64,000 nucleotides of DNA, taken from Amphiscolops sp. MND2022 (lineage: Eukaryota). This document shows positions 52,001 to 64,000 of this stretch, one piece after another; the stretch's first letter is position 1, and each line of letters opens with the position of its first letter. Made by a program: the position numbers and the translations under genes. The notes beneath the pieces were generated by a model. It saw only the letters and a program-made list of their open reading frames with translations. It was not told where the DNA came from and did not search any database. The DNA is taken from the NCBI GenBank assembly GCA_964187785.1, contig OZ076419.1, forward strand, positions 41,044,001 through 41,108,000, read 5' to 3'.

Positions 52001-54985
52001 TTTGACCCCAGGTGAAATGACGTGATCATTGTCGTTCATATTCTGGTCTTGCATGTGTCTCAACCCAGACACGTAACTGGATTCCCCATCTGGATCCGAC
52101 AGTTTCTGGTCCTCGGTCGACACGTTTTCCCGGAAAACATCCGGTCCGGAATTCAGTTTCGGTTTTGTTTGTCTACCACAGTCTCAGGGATAACCAATTA
52201 TTTATTTGTCAGGTGTAATCAAAAGAGTCCTCGGTACTATTCTGATGTAAAAATATAGGATTCATTCAAATCATGATCCTCACAGTGGCGTAGTTTGAAG
52301 ATCTTGAATGGAGAGGCGGAAAACATCTTTATACAAGGAAAGAAGCTGGAATGTGAGAATTTTGAAAATTTCAAATCTCAAAAATTGGTTCGGTTTTCCG
52401 ACACATTCGTAACTACCGAGAAAGAAATTTATAAAAAGCTCCATGTAAGAACTAAATGATTTCAATCAGAAAATCTCATGAAATCCTACTTCTAAAAAGA
52501 TTTCAATCAATTCATGAAGTTATTAAATTGAAATTTTCCAAGGGGCGACCGGTCGCCTTTTTGCTGAAAATGCACTTATTCCGGGAAAAAAGTTTCAATG
52601 ACTATTGTCCGACAAAAATTTTTCGTTATGAAACTTGTAATGAAAACTAAACCTGTTTTCTTCGGCAGTAGATTTATATGAAACATAAATTATTGGCGTG
52701 ATTATGGGCGCCAGATCGGAAAAAAAATTGAACTCATTTTGCGTCTGAACCGAGAGTGTTTTAGATGAACGTTGTATCTATATTATTTAATTTTTGTCCA
52801 ATTTTATCTTCAGGAAATATTCTATTTTCACACTACAAAACCTGAAAATTCTAGGAATTTAGTTATTTCAAATTAGAGACTCACTAAAAAAACTGATGTT
52901 ACTTCTAGATATAAACTTTTCCAATTTTCTGAGCAAAAACATAGAAACTCTTCGCAAACGCAATTTCAAAATTTCGAAGTTAATTACAAACATGCCGGGA
53001 ACGGCCCAAGTCGGCGCCATATCTAAAGCTCAAAAATAGCACAAGGTCTTCAAAGTGTCAAAGTATTCTCTTCTAAAGTGCCCAAAAGTTGGACCGAACT
53101 GACGCGCCGGGTGGCCGCTACCGTGGGTCCCTGGCGCGCTAAAAGGGGGGACCCTTTCGGATTTTTTAACATCCATTCTGTTGCAAAATAACAGAAAATT
53201 GAAGGGGGACCCTGTGAAAGCTTAAAATTTTTCGGAAAAAGGCTCATAATTCCGAAAAGGGGGACCCTTTAGTCTCGGCCGGTATTGTATGTTACGCTGA
53301 AAAAAGGAACAACCTTTTTAGCTCAGTTCTCTGGGCCAAATGGTTCAATTTGGGCCAATTTGGTTCAAAATTTTGTAGAACTGTCTAGAATTATTTTGGT
53401 CAGTTCGTGTGGATTGAAAAAAGCCACTAGTATAGTTGCGTTTCACTTCATGAAGTGCCGACTAAAAATGAAGCGTAGAATGTTGTATTTTCTGTATTTT
53501 CATTGGTCATGCCTGAACATGGTTGAGTCCTGGGCAGAAGCAACTGCCGAAGTGGGACTCGATGACGTCATGCTAGACGACGAGTTTCCATTGGCCAGGG
53601 CGGCTGACGTCACTTGCAGCAGATTGGCTACGGCGGCGGCAGTTGTCGTGCTGAGTGGGCCTGTCTGAGCTGCTAACTGTTTCAACATCTGCTGCTGTTG
53701 TTGGATCAGAAGTTCACTTGAAGACACCGGATTTAATTTATCACATGTCATGAAAAGAGAACAAACTAAAGATGTCCATTGAAGATTTTACAGAGAACTA
53801 CCATTTTTACGAATAATAAGCGCTGGAATGGAGAAAAGTAGCATTTATCGGTTTAATAGCGTTTTATTTGACCCGTTTATTTGGGACTGAAATCGTCAGA
53901 CTATTACAGTTGATTTTTAAAGACCGACAAAATTGTGAGGTCCTTAATTTAAAGGTTGGGCGGCCGATATGGTAGTCGGCGTGTTAATAAGCCAGTTTAC
54001 ATAGTGGCTTCCGAAGCAGAAGAACGGAGTTTGATTCGCCCTGGGGTTCAAACACTTCTACTTCAGTGGCCAGTGACAAAGCTGTATGGAACCTCTCATG
54101 ATTTTTTAATTCCATCAAAGGGTTCCCTCCCGGTTTGTTTTGAAATTTTGAGTCGAAAGAGAAAAAGAATTTTCAATCCTGAAAGGTATTTTTCGGCAAT
54201 ATACGATTTTTCCGAATTTGCACGAGAAACAGCCATTTGGCATAATTGAAAGAGTTGGCTCTCTCTGTGGGCCTTAAGCGGGATGCCGACTTTATCGTCG
54301 TTATATAAAACTGTTATCTGAACATTGAATAATGACGCTTTTATCTGAAGTATATATAAAATATAAAAACTATTTCAATTTGTTCTCAAAAACTTTGGCG
54401 TTACGGGTTGTCCGGGTCTATAGATCCCTTTGAAGTTTATCGAAAATATTGAACCCGTAATTGAACATGAACAGAAATTTATGAATTTCTGTTATAACAC
54501 ATACAGTTGGTGATACGAATATAATGCATGAAATTCTGATATAACGTATATAGTTATGAGGTATTATGGTTAATACCATGCGAGTTTTCCACGAACTAGA
54601 GGTGAGGAAAATCGGCTACCTTGAATCGGAAAATAACGCGTTCCATTATACTTCTTTCAGTGACAATATTTATTAAGAAGTATTCGATTTTTTCGTCCCG
54701 AAAATATATTCCAATGAAGTGAAATCAACAAGCGAAATCATCATAATTTTCAGTGTCGTGGCCTTTTAAATCCGGTGCTTGCCTGTAATTGGTTGACGAG
54801 GCGGTCGACTTGCCGAACTGTTGGGAGCTCTGCACGAAGTTGTTGGCGTGCGTTCCGAAGGGAGACCCGGCTGGGTTTTGTTGGGAGAATTTTTTGGACT
54901 TGATTTCGAATTGGTAGCCACAGCCACAAGCACGTTTGGCACTTGGGTGCATGGTACTGCAGTTAAGACACCGCTTCAGACCCAT
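52001..54985 (-). CDS. Three exons (54985-54783, 53716-53513, 52172-52001): UPF0547/C16orf87-like zinc ribbon followed by Q/S/A-rich low-complexity sequence
   Basis: MGLKRCLNCSTMHPSAKRACGCGYQF (C-x2-C-x10-C-x-C-G). Donors CAG|GCAAGC and CAG|GCATGA (GC, phase 2) and AAA|GTTAGT (phase 0). All phases are compatible. Confidence 0.65.
52989..53468 (-). mobile_element. HINE family A copy, complete (~480 bp)
   Basis: GCCGGGAACGGCCCAAGTCGGCGCC at the left (3' end); GTGCCGACTAAAAA at the right (5' end). Confidence 0.8.
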
Positions 54986-55699
54986 CGCGAGAAGAAATCT
55001 CTTCTAACTCTGTACCCTGGAATCAGAAAAAAATTAGTCATCAATTAGGAATCCAATAAAAAATTTCAAAAATATGTTCATGTAATTGAGATACAACATT
55101 ACGCTGAAACGATCTGCTCGTTTCTAGAAAACAGTGAATTTTTTTCAAAAAATGATAAGACGCTCTCAATGACAAACAGACGCTTATAGACAGGTAGATT
55201 TTCAGTTTTTCCTACTCAAAAGTCAGTAAGTTAATTTTATCATCAATAATATGAAAGAAAGAAAGAAAAATCTTGATAAAGGAATTAAAATATTGAAACT
55301 GATAATCAAAATTTGCATCAGCCGCAAGAGATGATAAAACTGCAGCAGTTACTGCCATGTAAAAGTTAGCAAACTATCAGAATTAAATTAAATTATTAGG
55401 ATCCAATCAATAAAAAACCATCATTGGATCGAATTGTAGTAGAAAAAGGGTGCTCTGAAAACATGGGTTCGAGTCGTGTCAGTCTGTGGTAGGAGATCAC
55501 TAGAGCCTCCAACCCAGACAGAATATTTAACATCTAAACAATGACCGCTACTTGAAGATAAAAACTAATTGACAAAGTACAAACTTTTCAGAACATTAGA
55601 CTGTGTTTACCTTAGATTCGGATAGCTGTTTTATAAATTCAGCGAAATTAACTTGAATATATTATTCTAGAACCTTTGAACATTTTCCCAAATTCATAT

Positions 55700-57700
55700 T
55701 AACCAAGAATACAACATGGCGCAGACAGCATCAACTTAAAACTCCACAAACCAAGAACCCAGTAGCCATACAAGGTGACCCGCGTGACGGGGCGAATATC
55801 GCTATCAATCCCAACCAACATCGCTATCCATCCCGATATTTTAGCACGGTTGAAACGAACACAAAAAAAAGATTTTTTTCAAACTACAAGCATTCGACAA
55901 CAAAAACCCGGAGCAAAGGAAACGTCTTCTGGACATAGAAAGAAAAAGTGGCTTTCATAAGATCACAGGCGAAGAATAAAAAGTGGCGCAATTCATTACT
56001 GTAATCACGGTTAAAGACCTGAAAAAATACTAGAGAAAACTGAAGAAACGACCGAAGCCTTCCTAAAAAATACTACTAGTGTACTACTAGTGTACTAATA
56101 GTATACAACGACACATACGAGAGAAAACACGATAACCGAAACTCGGAACTTAACATAAAAACAGAACCACAACAACAGACACAGAGTAATCAACGCAATG
56201 ACACAACAAAAGCAGATGTTTCGCAAAAGACGGGTTGAAACAATTGCGGAGTCAACAATCGGGACCCAACACACCAATGCCCAGCAAAAGTAGTGAAATG
56301 CAAAACTTGCGAAAAAGAAGGACATATTAAGAGGGTGTGAAAACCAAAAGCCAATCAACTCCTGATTGAAGAAACAAAGACAGCAGACGAAAACGATTCT
56401 GAGTCACACAATTCATCATGGAGCAAACCATCAACATAACATTAACAACAATTCTGTACGGTTAACTTAAACTTAAAAGGCACGGATTCAACATTCACGG
56501 TGGACACTGGTTCTGCAAAAACAACAAGCATCTCAAACAAAGAAGCAACCGATATCATGCACAAAAACACAAAACTAAAAAAACTGAAGAAGTACATGGG
56601 CCTCCAACGAAACAATGTCGAAGTCCTGGAAAAAACGTGAAAGTATAAAGCTCAAAAGTACTACAAATGGAAAGGACAGGGTGAAGGATTTACAAATCGA
56701 ACTAGATTCACCAAACATCAGAAAAACGCAAATACACAGGTTTTGGCGAGACCAATACCGATCCATTCACAGGGCGCTCAGGAAAAAAGCTCGGGAAACT
56801 TATCCTGCAAATAAGCACATCGAAAAGCAAATGACGTCAAGCGAATCCTTCATATTACCCGCAGTATCAACGAAAAAAAATCCATAACGAGCCAGGAACG
56901 GTCCAAGTCGGCGCCCACTAAAAGCTCAAAAACAGTAGATTATGCTCAAAGAAAAGTTTTGAAAACTCTTCATCAACCTCACAGTACTGAAACTACCCAA
57001 ATGATCTTTTTAGACTCGAAAAACGCTTTTCCACAACAGAAAACATCAAAGTTTGAAGGAAAATCTTACTTTCGATTTTTAAATCATTTAGGCTCTCAAA
57101 GCGCTTGCCTTAGCCTAAAACATTAGAAAAAGTGAGAAAAGGGACACTGTGTTGAAGTTCTGTTCCCGATAAGTTGCACAGTGTTTGAAAAACCCAATAC
57201 GAGGACACTTCGATCTACTCGTTTTGCGAACGTAGAAACGTCACAAATGAACATCGCTGAACTGTGACACATTTCTTTTTCACCGAAAACATCGCTTACT
57301 CCAAAATCATGGCAGAGACCAAAGCATTTTACTGGCGGGATTTGGAGTACAACTTCTTTGATTAAAGAAGCGAAATGCTGTACGGCAGCAGGTAAGAACT
57401 TGAAATTACAAATCCCGTCCACGGAACAATGATTTACAACCATTGCAAACAAAGAAGTACAATAAGATTTTATCGGGAATTAACCGGGATATGGGAAAAT
57501 TAGCATTTTAATGTTCGTAGACATATACAGCAAATGGCCTATGGCAAAAATATGCCAAAATCAAACTGCAGATACGGTAAAATTGCTCGAAAAATACCAC
57601 TGATTGAATGAAGTAACAAAAACTTTGGGAACGGACAATGTGACGGCATTTACCGGAGAAAAATTCAATCAAAAAAATTTACCAAGAAAAACAGTCACAA
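55700..57700 (+). mobile_element. Degenerate, internally deleted Gypsy element with a HINE 3' end inserted at ~56885-56930
   Basis: Knuckle CPAKVVKCKTCEKEGHIKRV* (~56275-56340), protease FTVDTGS (~56495), IN finger AFYW...KCCTAAGKNLK, and IN core MFVDIYSKWP...TDNVTAF (~57510-57650). Numerous stops. Confidence 0.75.
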
Positions 57701-60461
57701 GCTTGCTGATTTTGTAGATGGCATCCGCACAAAAGAAAAAAAATCAAACGTTAAAAAAATTATTGGAACGAAAAAGTAAGACGGAAAGGTTTTCTCAAGT
57801 TATGATTCCACTTTTAGTGGGTACCGGATCAATGAAAAAACTTACTCTTATCAAAACTTGCAGAAGTCTACGTCAATTTTTCACACTTCTCTTCTTTATT
57901 GGCGTCACTTTTTCAAATGCGGCTAGCGGGAGCTTGCAGCTAAAATAACCAGCCAAAAATTTAAAATTATGCTCGGTAGAATGAATATCCCTATAAACAA
58001 GCAGAATTTAAAACATCTGAAGTTTGTTCAATAACTGAAACTATAAAAGCTGAATATCGGAAATTGTAATTTGTAAATTGTATATTGTGAAATTGTAGAT
58101 ATTGTATAATTTCAGAGCCAGCGGGTCTGGATTTTGGCGCGTTTGTTGATTGCATAAAATGAAAATTTGCGATCTGGGGCCCTGTAAAAATTTGGGAATT
58201 GTGTGTAGCAGTGGTGGCGGTGAGAAAGAGTAAGTGTAATAATGGTATTATAAGAAGGATAAAGTAAAAATGTGGCAAAATTACCTGCACTTAGTAGTCG
58301 TCGGCTGGGATTGAGTTGAGGCACGATAGCTGGAGCTGCGCCTTGCTTGCACGCAACCAACACACAAGTATAAAAGAACAGAGGGAAAATTGGCTGGCCT
58401 AGGAAGTAAAACGGGGGAGAAAAGCGGAGAAAAGCAAGCCTAACTAAGGAAAAATAGTAGTGGAATTGGAATAAAAAAATAAAAAATTCTGGAAATGTGC
58501 AATTGCAATCATGTTCACTTCTTTCTCATACTCGTCGCTAGTTGCGGCAAAATAATGGCGGGAAAATAAAATTGTGGAGAGGAAATGGCTGGGGCTATTT
58601 AGCCGGTTAGATTGACTGGGAAACGCGAGTCAGGGTAAAATTATGGAAATATGTTTATGCCCTTACCCTTTTGGGGCCGTCGGTTGCACTTGTTGGGCTC
58701 GGGTTCAGTTGGGCTAAAAGGGCCCGAGATGCTATGACTGCAGGGGGGAAAGCAAACAAACTGGGTTGCAAGGACGAAATGTGGAAAAATCAAAGATCAG
58801 CCCTGGACGAAGTGGAAACAACTTGGGAAAAATTGAGGGAAAACAGGGCGGGCGGCTGTAAAAACGGGAAAATGTAAAAACGTAACAAAAAAGGAAAAAT
58901 TATTTGTTAGGTTGAAATAGGTTGAAAAAATAGTTGCGATGGTCGCTAGGTGAGTTTCGCGGGTGTATGCTAGAGTTTTACAGGGAGAGGTTTTACAAGG
59001 TGATGAATATACTTATATTAGAGGTGCTACAGGTACATAAGTATAGGGAGAAGAGTAAACGCGGCGGCATTGTGTGGATACAGTATTTCGAGACCAGGAA
59101 TGATTCGGTCGGTGTGGGGACAGCAGAGATAGATGGAACTGCGCGGAATGGAATAAAATAAAGAAAGCAGGCAACAGGAATAGGAATAGGAAAATGGAAT
59201 CCAGAAGAACCAAAATTAAAAATAAGAGAAATTGAAATGATATAGAAAATAGATTTTGTCTTTTCTCGTTTATGCGCCACTGCAGTGAAATGAATTGAGA
59301 TTTGCCGCCGCCGTGCCACCAAATTTGTTTCTGTGCCGGCCGCCAAGCCGTGGAATTACACAATTCCCATTTTATAGACAATGTATATGCGCGTATATAT
59401 TATATGTATATGGTAGAACGAAAAGAAAAGCAATAAAATTGGTCGCTAATGTAAAAGAAGATAGAATTTCTTTTCGAGTCAGCTTTTCGTCAAAATAAAA
59501 TATTTTAAAAAAGAGCTTCGTTTAAATTTATATTCTAAAATAAATACAGCATTGTTACTTTACATGTACATATATTACCGTCGGTTTTACTGTCTTTCAT
59601 ATACACTCTAAGCAAAACAAGTCTTGACAAAATTGAAAAAGCTCAGCAGTTCACTTTATTTCATTCTATTTTCAAGCTATATTCTATCTATATAAAAAAT
59701 AAAGTGCCTCAACTAAAAATCGATCGTGGCACTCCATCGCATATCGATGCACGCTGGCCCGAAAAGCAGAAATACACGAAAGACAGCAGCAGCACAAAAA
59801 CACCATTTTTCCTCATATTTCTACTCCATTTTTCGTCTTTTCCTCTTTTTATTCGTTTTTTAAATTTACATTCTTCTTTACTTTATATTCTGTTTGTATA
59901 ATATTCTTTCTTTCTAGCTTCATTCGCTCTAAATTTCAGAACAGCACGCTTTTATTTCGGCTTGTAATCACTCCACGAGCAATTGATCCGAAGTGCTCGC
60001 AAGTAATCCAACGTGCCGGTCGTGTCTGTTTAGTGATGCTCGGCAAAAGATTTCAGCCGGCGCATCAGCGATCTGCGATGTGATTGGACACGATGTTGTA
60101 TATGTTAAGGTGCTGAGCCGAGTGCGTAACTAGAATTGAATGAAAATTTAGAGAAAGCCTGAATGAAATAAATTCTTTTTATTGCGGCTTGCGCGCTTTC
60201 TTTCGTAGTTACAGGGACTACTAGCTACTAGTGTGTTACTTTTAATGTATCCGCATAAATTGCCTGCATTCCTAGCTATATCCCAGAAAAACATGGCTCG
60301 ATCAATTATTTTCTGAAGCTGTAATAAAATAAAATAAGAAAAGAACCAATTCAACAAAAATCTGCTTGCGTATAACGGCCGATCAGTCTAATACAGAGAA
60401 AGAGTTTTCTACATACACTACAGTAATATAACTATAGTTACAGGAGTAGAAATGAATTTAC

Positions 60462-60476
60462 CTTCGCGGCAGCCAT
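60462..60476 (-). CDS. Candidate first coding micro-exon MAAAK
   Basis: AAAAATGGCTGCCGCGAAG|GTAAAT: A-rich start context plus a strong donor, in a repeat-poor region upstream of the minus-strand gene. Its target acceptor is not established. Confidence 0.25.
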
Positions 60477-62123
60477 TTTTGAAAAATTGGCCAACAAATA
60501 TAGCCCACATTTCTCATTTCCGCGACTAGGCAGCCCCAAATTTCAGAGGAATATCAATTTATGGCCCACTGCTATTTTCTTGATATTTAACTCTTTTTTC
60601 CAACCAACCTTTCGCTTTTATGTTCTTAGCCTGCCTGTTTTTGCGTGTGTTTGCAGGGGGGTTCGCGCGCGACGGTCGCGGTGGAAATAATTCGAATCAG
60701 TAGAGAGAGAAAAAGAGGAAAAAGCCAGCTGCACAAAGGAGGAAATTCGAATACGGTTGGCGCGAATAATTTTAAATTTAATTCTGTTGGGAAATTTACA
60801 ATTATTTGACTTGCCTCTAAAGCAAAACAGGCGAAGTTGCTGAGGCTAATGCTTTAATGGTTGTTATACACTGGTAAAATCTAAGTTGCTTTTCTAATGC
60901 TCAACTTACACAAATTCTATCAGCATTTTCGTCTACAAATTTTCTGTTTTCGGTCTAGCAAATAATTGTTAGCACCTAGCACAAAATAGTAAAATATGCA
61001 CCTACTTTTTAGGCAATAAGGCAAGTGCGTGTTGTAATGTTCAACTCATAAAATAGTGCTGCAAAACGTGTTAAAAAATGATAATATTTACCTAATTGAT
61101 CCGAGCGAGGCTTTGTTGGTTAAATTTTCAAATTAAAACTGTACACAATGGAGGAAAGCGGTTGAGTGAAATGTCGCAAATTTGCTAAATTGTTGGTGGC
61201 AAATTCTAAATAGAATAAAATGTGTGCCTGAATTTAATAAATGAAGCACTATTTAGTTCGATCGTTTAAGCATTGTGTTTTATTTGAGCCGTGTTAGTGT
61301 GTATATATAAATAGAAAATTAGTCGATAAAATTTCCCGAGTGGCTTGCGTTTTGTGTTTATAGTTAAAATGAGCTGAATTATAAATTCTCTGTATTTTCT
61401 ATTCTTTGTATCCGATATAACAGAAATTCTGTTTTAAGAAATATTAAATAAATTCATTCATTCATTCTAAATCCATTCTCTTCTGTAGACATGTTCGCAT
61501 GTTTAATTCAATATTCTCAATTCAACGGCCACTTAAACCTCTGCCATTCAAACCTTGTCATGAAACGAACGAACGAATCGAATCGAAACGAAAGCAACGA
61601 AACTAGAAACCAAATGAATTCCACACAACTCAACAGTTTCAAACAGCACGCTGAACATAATCGCTCCACAACCGCCGCCACCATCGATTACGTAATAATA
61701 TGCAGTACATTCTTGATAGTTGTTAGACTTTCTTTTGATCTAGACAAAACACCAGCCAACGACACTCACACTTGAGTCTGTCACAAGTGGTGTTAGTCTT
61801 CACGCCAAGGTCGTGAACAAGGTATGAACGCAGTGTGATAACATCAGCAATCATCGCACGAGATTTGAGAAAACACAAGTTAAATCATAGGCTGTGTTTT
61901 AACGGCTAATTTTCGATAGGGTTGTTAAACCATGGTACACCTTGTTTCGGACCCCAACACGAAAGCGCATTATTCCTTAAAAATATTTCAAAATCTCGAA
62001 GATGAAAATTTTATATGGTTACAAATGCTTAGACGAATATCTCTACAGGGGTTTTGACACTTCCACCGAAAATTACCCAAATTTTTGATATTGTAAAAAA
62101 AGCGAAAATTCATGCCATGGAGC

Positions 62124-63995
62124 CAGAGATTGGAAATAATGCAATGACAATATTATTGTAGCTATGCATTAATTAAATGCGAGTCGAAAACAGAGTCATT
62201 AATTTAATGCATTTATTGCATTTAATGCAGCAATAACAATCGATTATTCATTCAGCATTTCTTGAACAACAGATAGTCCCCAAAACTGCTTATTCATACT
62301 AAGAAATAACTGGCCTTCGATTCGAAGTTTTCAGGCAACAAAGCATGGCGGTGCTCTCCAAGGAAAATTTTAGCTTTACTGAAAAAGCGCTAAACTTTGT
62401 TAGAAGTTGGCGGCACCAAATCGACATCCTGGTATAAACTGTTCTTGGCGCGGGCTTCATCGAGAAGGGCTGAGGCGGAATCCGCGGTGGCGACAGCATC
62501 TTGCACTCCTTTTTCGAATACGGTCATTGCCAAGCTTTCATCGTCGTTAAGTGCTCCCTTCCGGGAAATTTTCACCAAACCGGTCTCGAAAATTGGTGAA
62601 AATATGATACCCGCCGATATCGAGAGATAACTCGAAATTTCGGGGTACATTGAGCCAAATTCCAGTAACAGTCCGTCAAATAGGATACGCGTGTCAGCCA
62701 TTGTGGTATCCTCTCGTTGAAGCCGTTTAGAAACAGTCTCAAAATTTCCAAGAACTTCAAGAAGGGCGTTCCTGTAGAGGGCATGGTAGCAGTGCTAGTA
62801 AGCTGTCATCTAAGTCTGTAAGGTAGTCCTTTAAATGAAAGAATCGTGATAACATGTTGTAGCAAGACGCCCAGCGTGTCTCGTTTTTCAGGACTGGTCG
62901 AAGATCTGTCTTTGTCCGTAACGTCGCTGAAAGTGTCAAAGAAGAAAGTCTGACCATTAATTTTTGAATCATATCCATCTCGACTGAGTAAAATGCAAGC
63001 ATTTTCTTCATGGCCAAGTTAAGTCGATGGCTAGCGCAGCCTATCATCGGAATGCTCAGTTTGCGCGCAATGGTTTTATTGAGATTTTCGTTATCACTTA
63101 CGAGAAGACCCCGAGAGTAAATTCAATAAAGTTGATATGACTGTCTGAGTCAAGTGAAGTTTCGTCGTAAAGTGGCGAAAACGCAAGTAACGGAGCTTCT
63201 TGTTTCGCTTCCTTGTTGGGGTAAAGGCAAAAATTCCGACATAATGAGTTGAAGTCGACGTTTCGCTCCAACCGTCTATTAAAATGCCAAACTTGTCTGG
63301 AAGAGACTCTCTCACCTTGCATTCCACCTTTTTAACCATCTTTTTAACGTATTCGGTAAGCGATCTAGAATAAAAGGAATCAAGGTTGCTGTATTTCTTT
63401 GTCGACTCTCTATCGCAAAAATTAAACGGTAAACCTGCTGAAGTAACCCAGTCTAACAAGCCATAAACACGTTTCGTTTTATCGCTCGGCAAAGGCTGTG
63501 AAAAGGGTAAAGCCGGGAAGTACGAATTAACTTCTTCCCTGAAGTTCTTGTGAGAAGTTCTAATATGCTCCATTAAGTTGCCATATCCGCGTTTTGCATC
63601 TTGTTTCCTTGTTTTTTTGCACACCGTCAATCGTATAGATCTGAATCTGCACGGCGCTTGAAATAGAACTGCACAATGTCCTTGTTTGACATGTTAAACA
63701 GGGAAGCAAACGACGAGATACAACACGCAGAAATTTTCAATTTACTTACTTTACAATAGTAGCAACAAAGCAGTGTGAACAAACGCCACTCAGCTCACGC
63801 GCGAAGTGAACAGGAAGAACGCATCTCATTGGCTGACGCAATCGTTCAATCTGAAATAGACTACTCCCGGCGTATTACGCAATAATTGCCCAGCTTGCAT
63901 TCATTAAGTGGTATTGTCCAATTCGTCACATTAATTAAATGCCAATGTAATTAATGTCATTAATTGGATTAGCATTTAATACTTTCCAATTGCTG
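62124..63995 (-). mobile_element. Full-length hAT DNA transposon (1872 bp)
   Basis: TIRs CAGAGATTGGAAA (62124) / TTTCCAATTGCTG (to 63995). Left flank CATGGAGC (62116-62123). Right flank CATGG runs to the window end, consistent with an 8-bp TSD. ATTAAT/TTAATGC subterminal repeats. Confidence 0.85.
62244..63692 (-). pseudogene. hAT transposase, multiply frameshifted
   Basis: ATG at 63692; BED-like finger (TVCKK...NLMEHIRTSH); LIDGWS; SDNEN; GCASHRLNLA; TRWASCYNMLSRF; PPTSNKVERFFSKAK; ends ...NKQFW...E*. Fragments correspond to ORFs 63094-63630, 63098-63322, 62757-63047 and 62390-62701. Confidence 0.88.
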
Positions 63996-64000
63996 CATGG

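Noticed and set aside
2617-53668. Many short ORFs with KGGPF/KGSPF-like text (for example 2617, 2939, 3158, 47619, 48993-50747)
   Set aside because: They are translations of the AAAGGGTCCCCC motifs of HINE repeats, not genes.
57123-57452. 109-aa minus-strand ORF
   Set aside because: It is antisense to the degenerate plus-strand integrase zinc-finger region.

Overview
AT-rich, repeat-dense animal (invertebrate-like) nuclear DNA; the species cannot be determined from the sequence. There are no prokaryotic operons, rRNA genes or CRISPR arrays. Most short ORFs in the track are spurious reads through repeats. The main host feature is a long minus-strand spliced gene that I assembled by hand. Seven phase-compatible exons (36608-28576) rebuild a Crypton-derived DUF3504 (tyrosine-recombinase-like) domain. 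These can splice in frame through low-complexity, AT-hook-containing exons (27191-24699) to a KCTD1/15-like BTB domain (24029-19208). Upstream exons at 54985-52001 carry a UPF0547/C16orf87-like zinc ribbon and may belong to the same gene. Five consecutive introns in the DUF3504 part are best explained by non-GT donors (GG, GC, GA, GG, GC), each preceded by exonic AG. Mobile DNA includes: a complete Gypsy (Mag-like) LTR element with TSD (13579-18131); three degenerate Gypsy remnants; an internally deleted FLYWCH-MULE element; a complete but frameshifted hAT element with TIR and partial TSD (62124-63995); MITEs; and three families of DINE-1/HINE-like non-autonomous Helentron elements with subterminal inverted repeats and a conserved 3' hairpin. 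All gene models are manual inferences and need RNA-seq.
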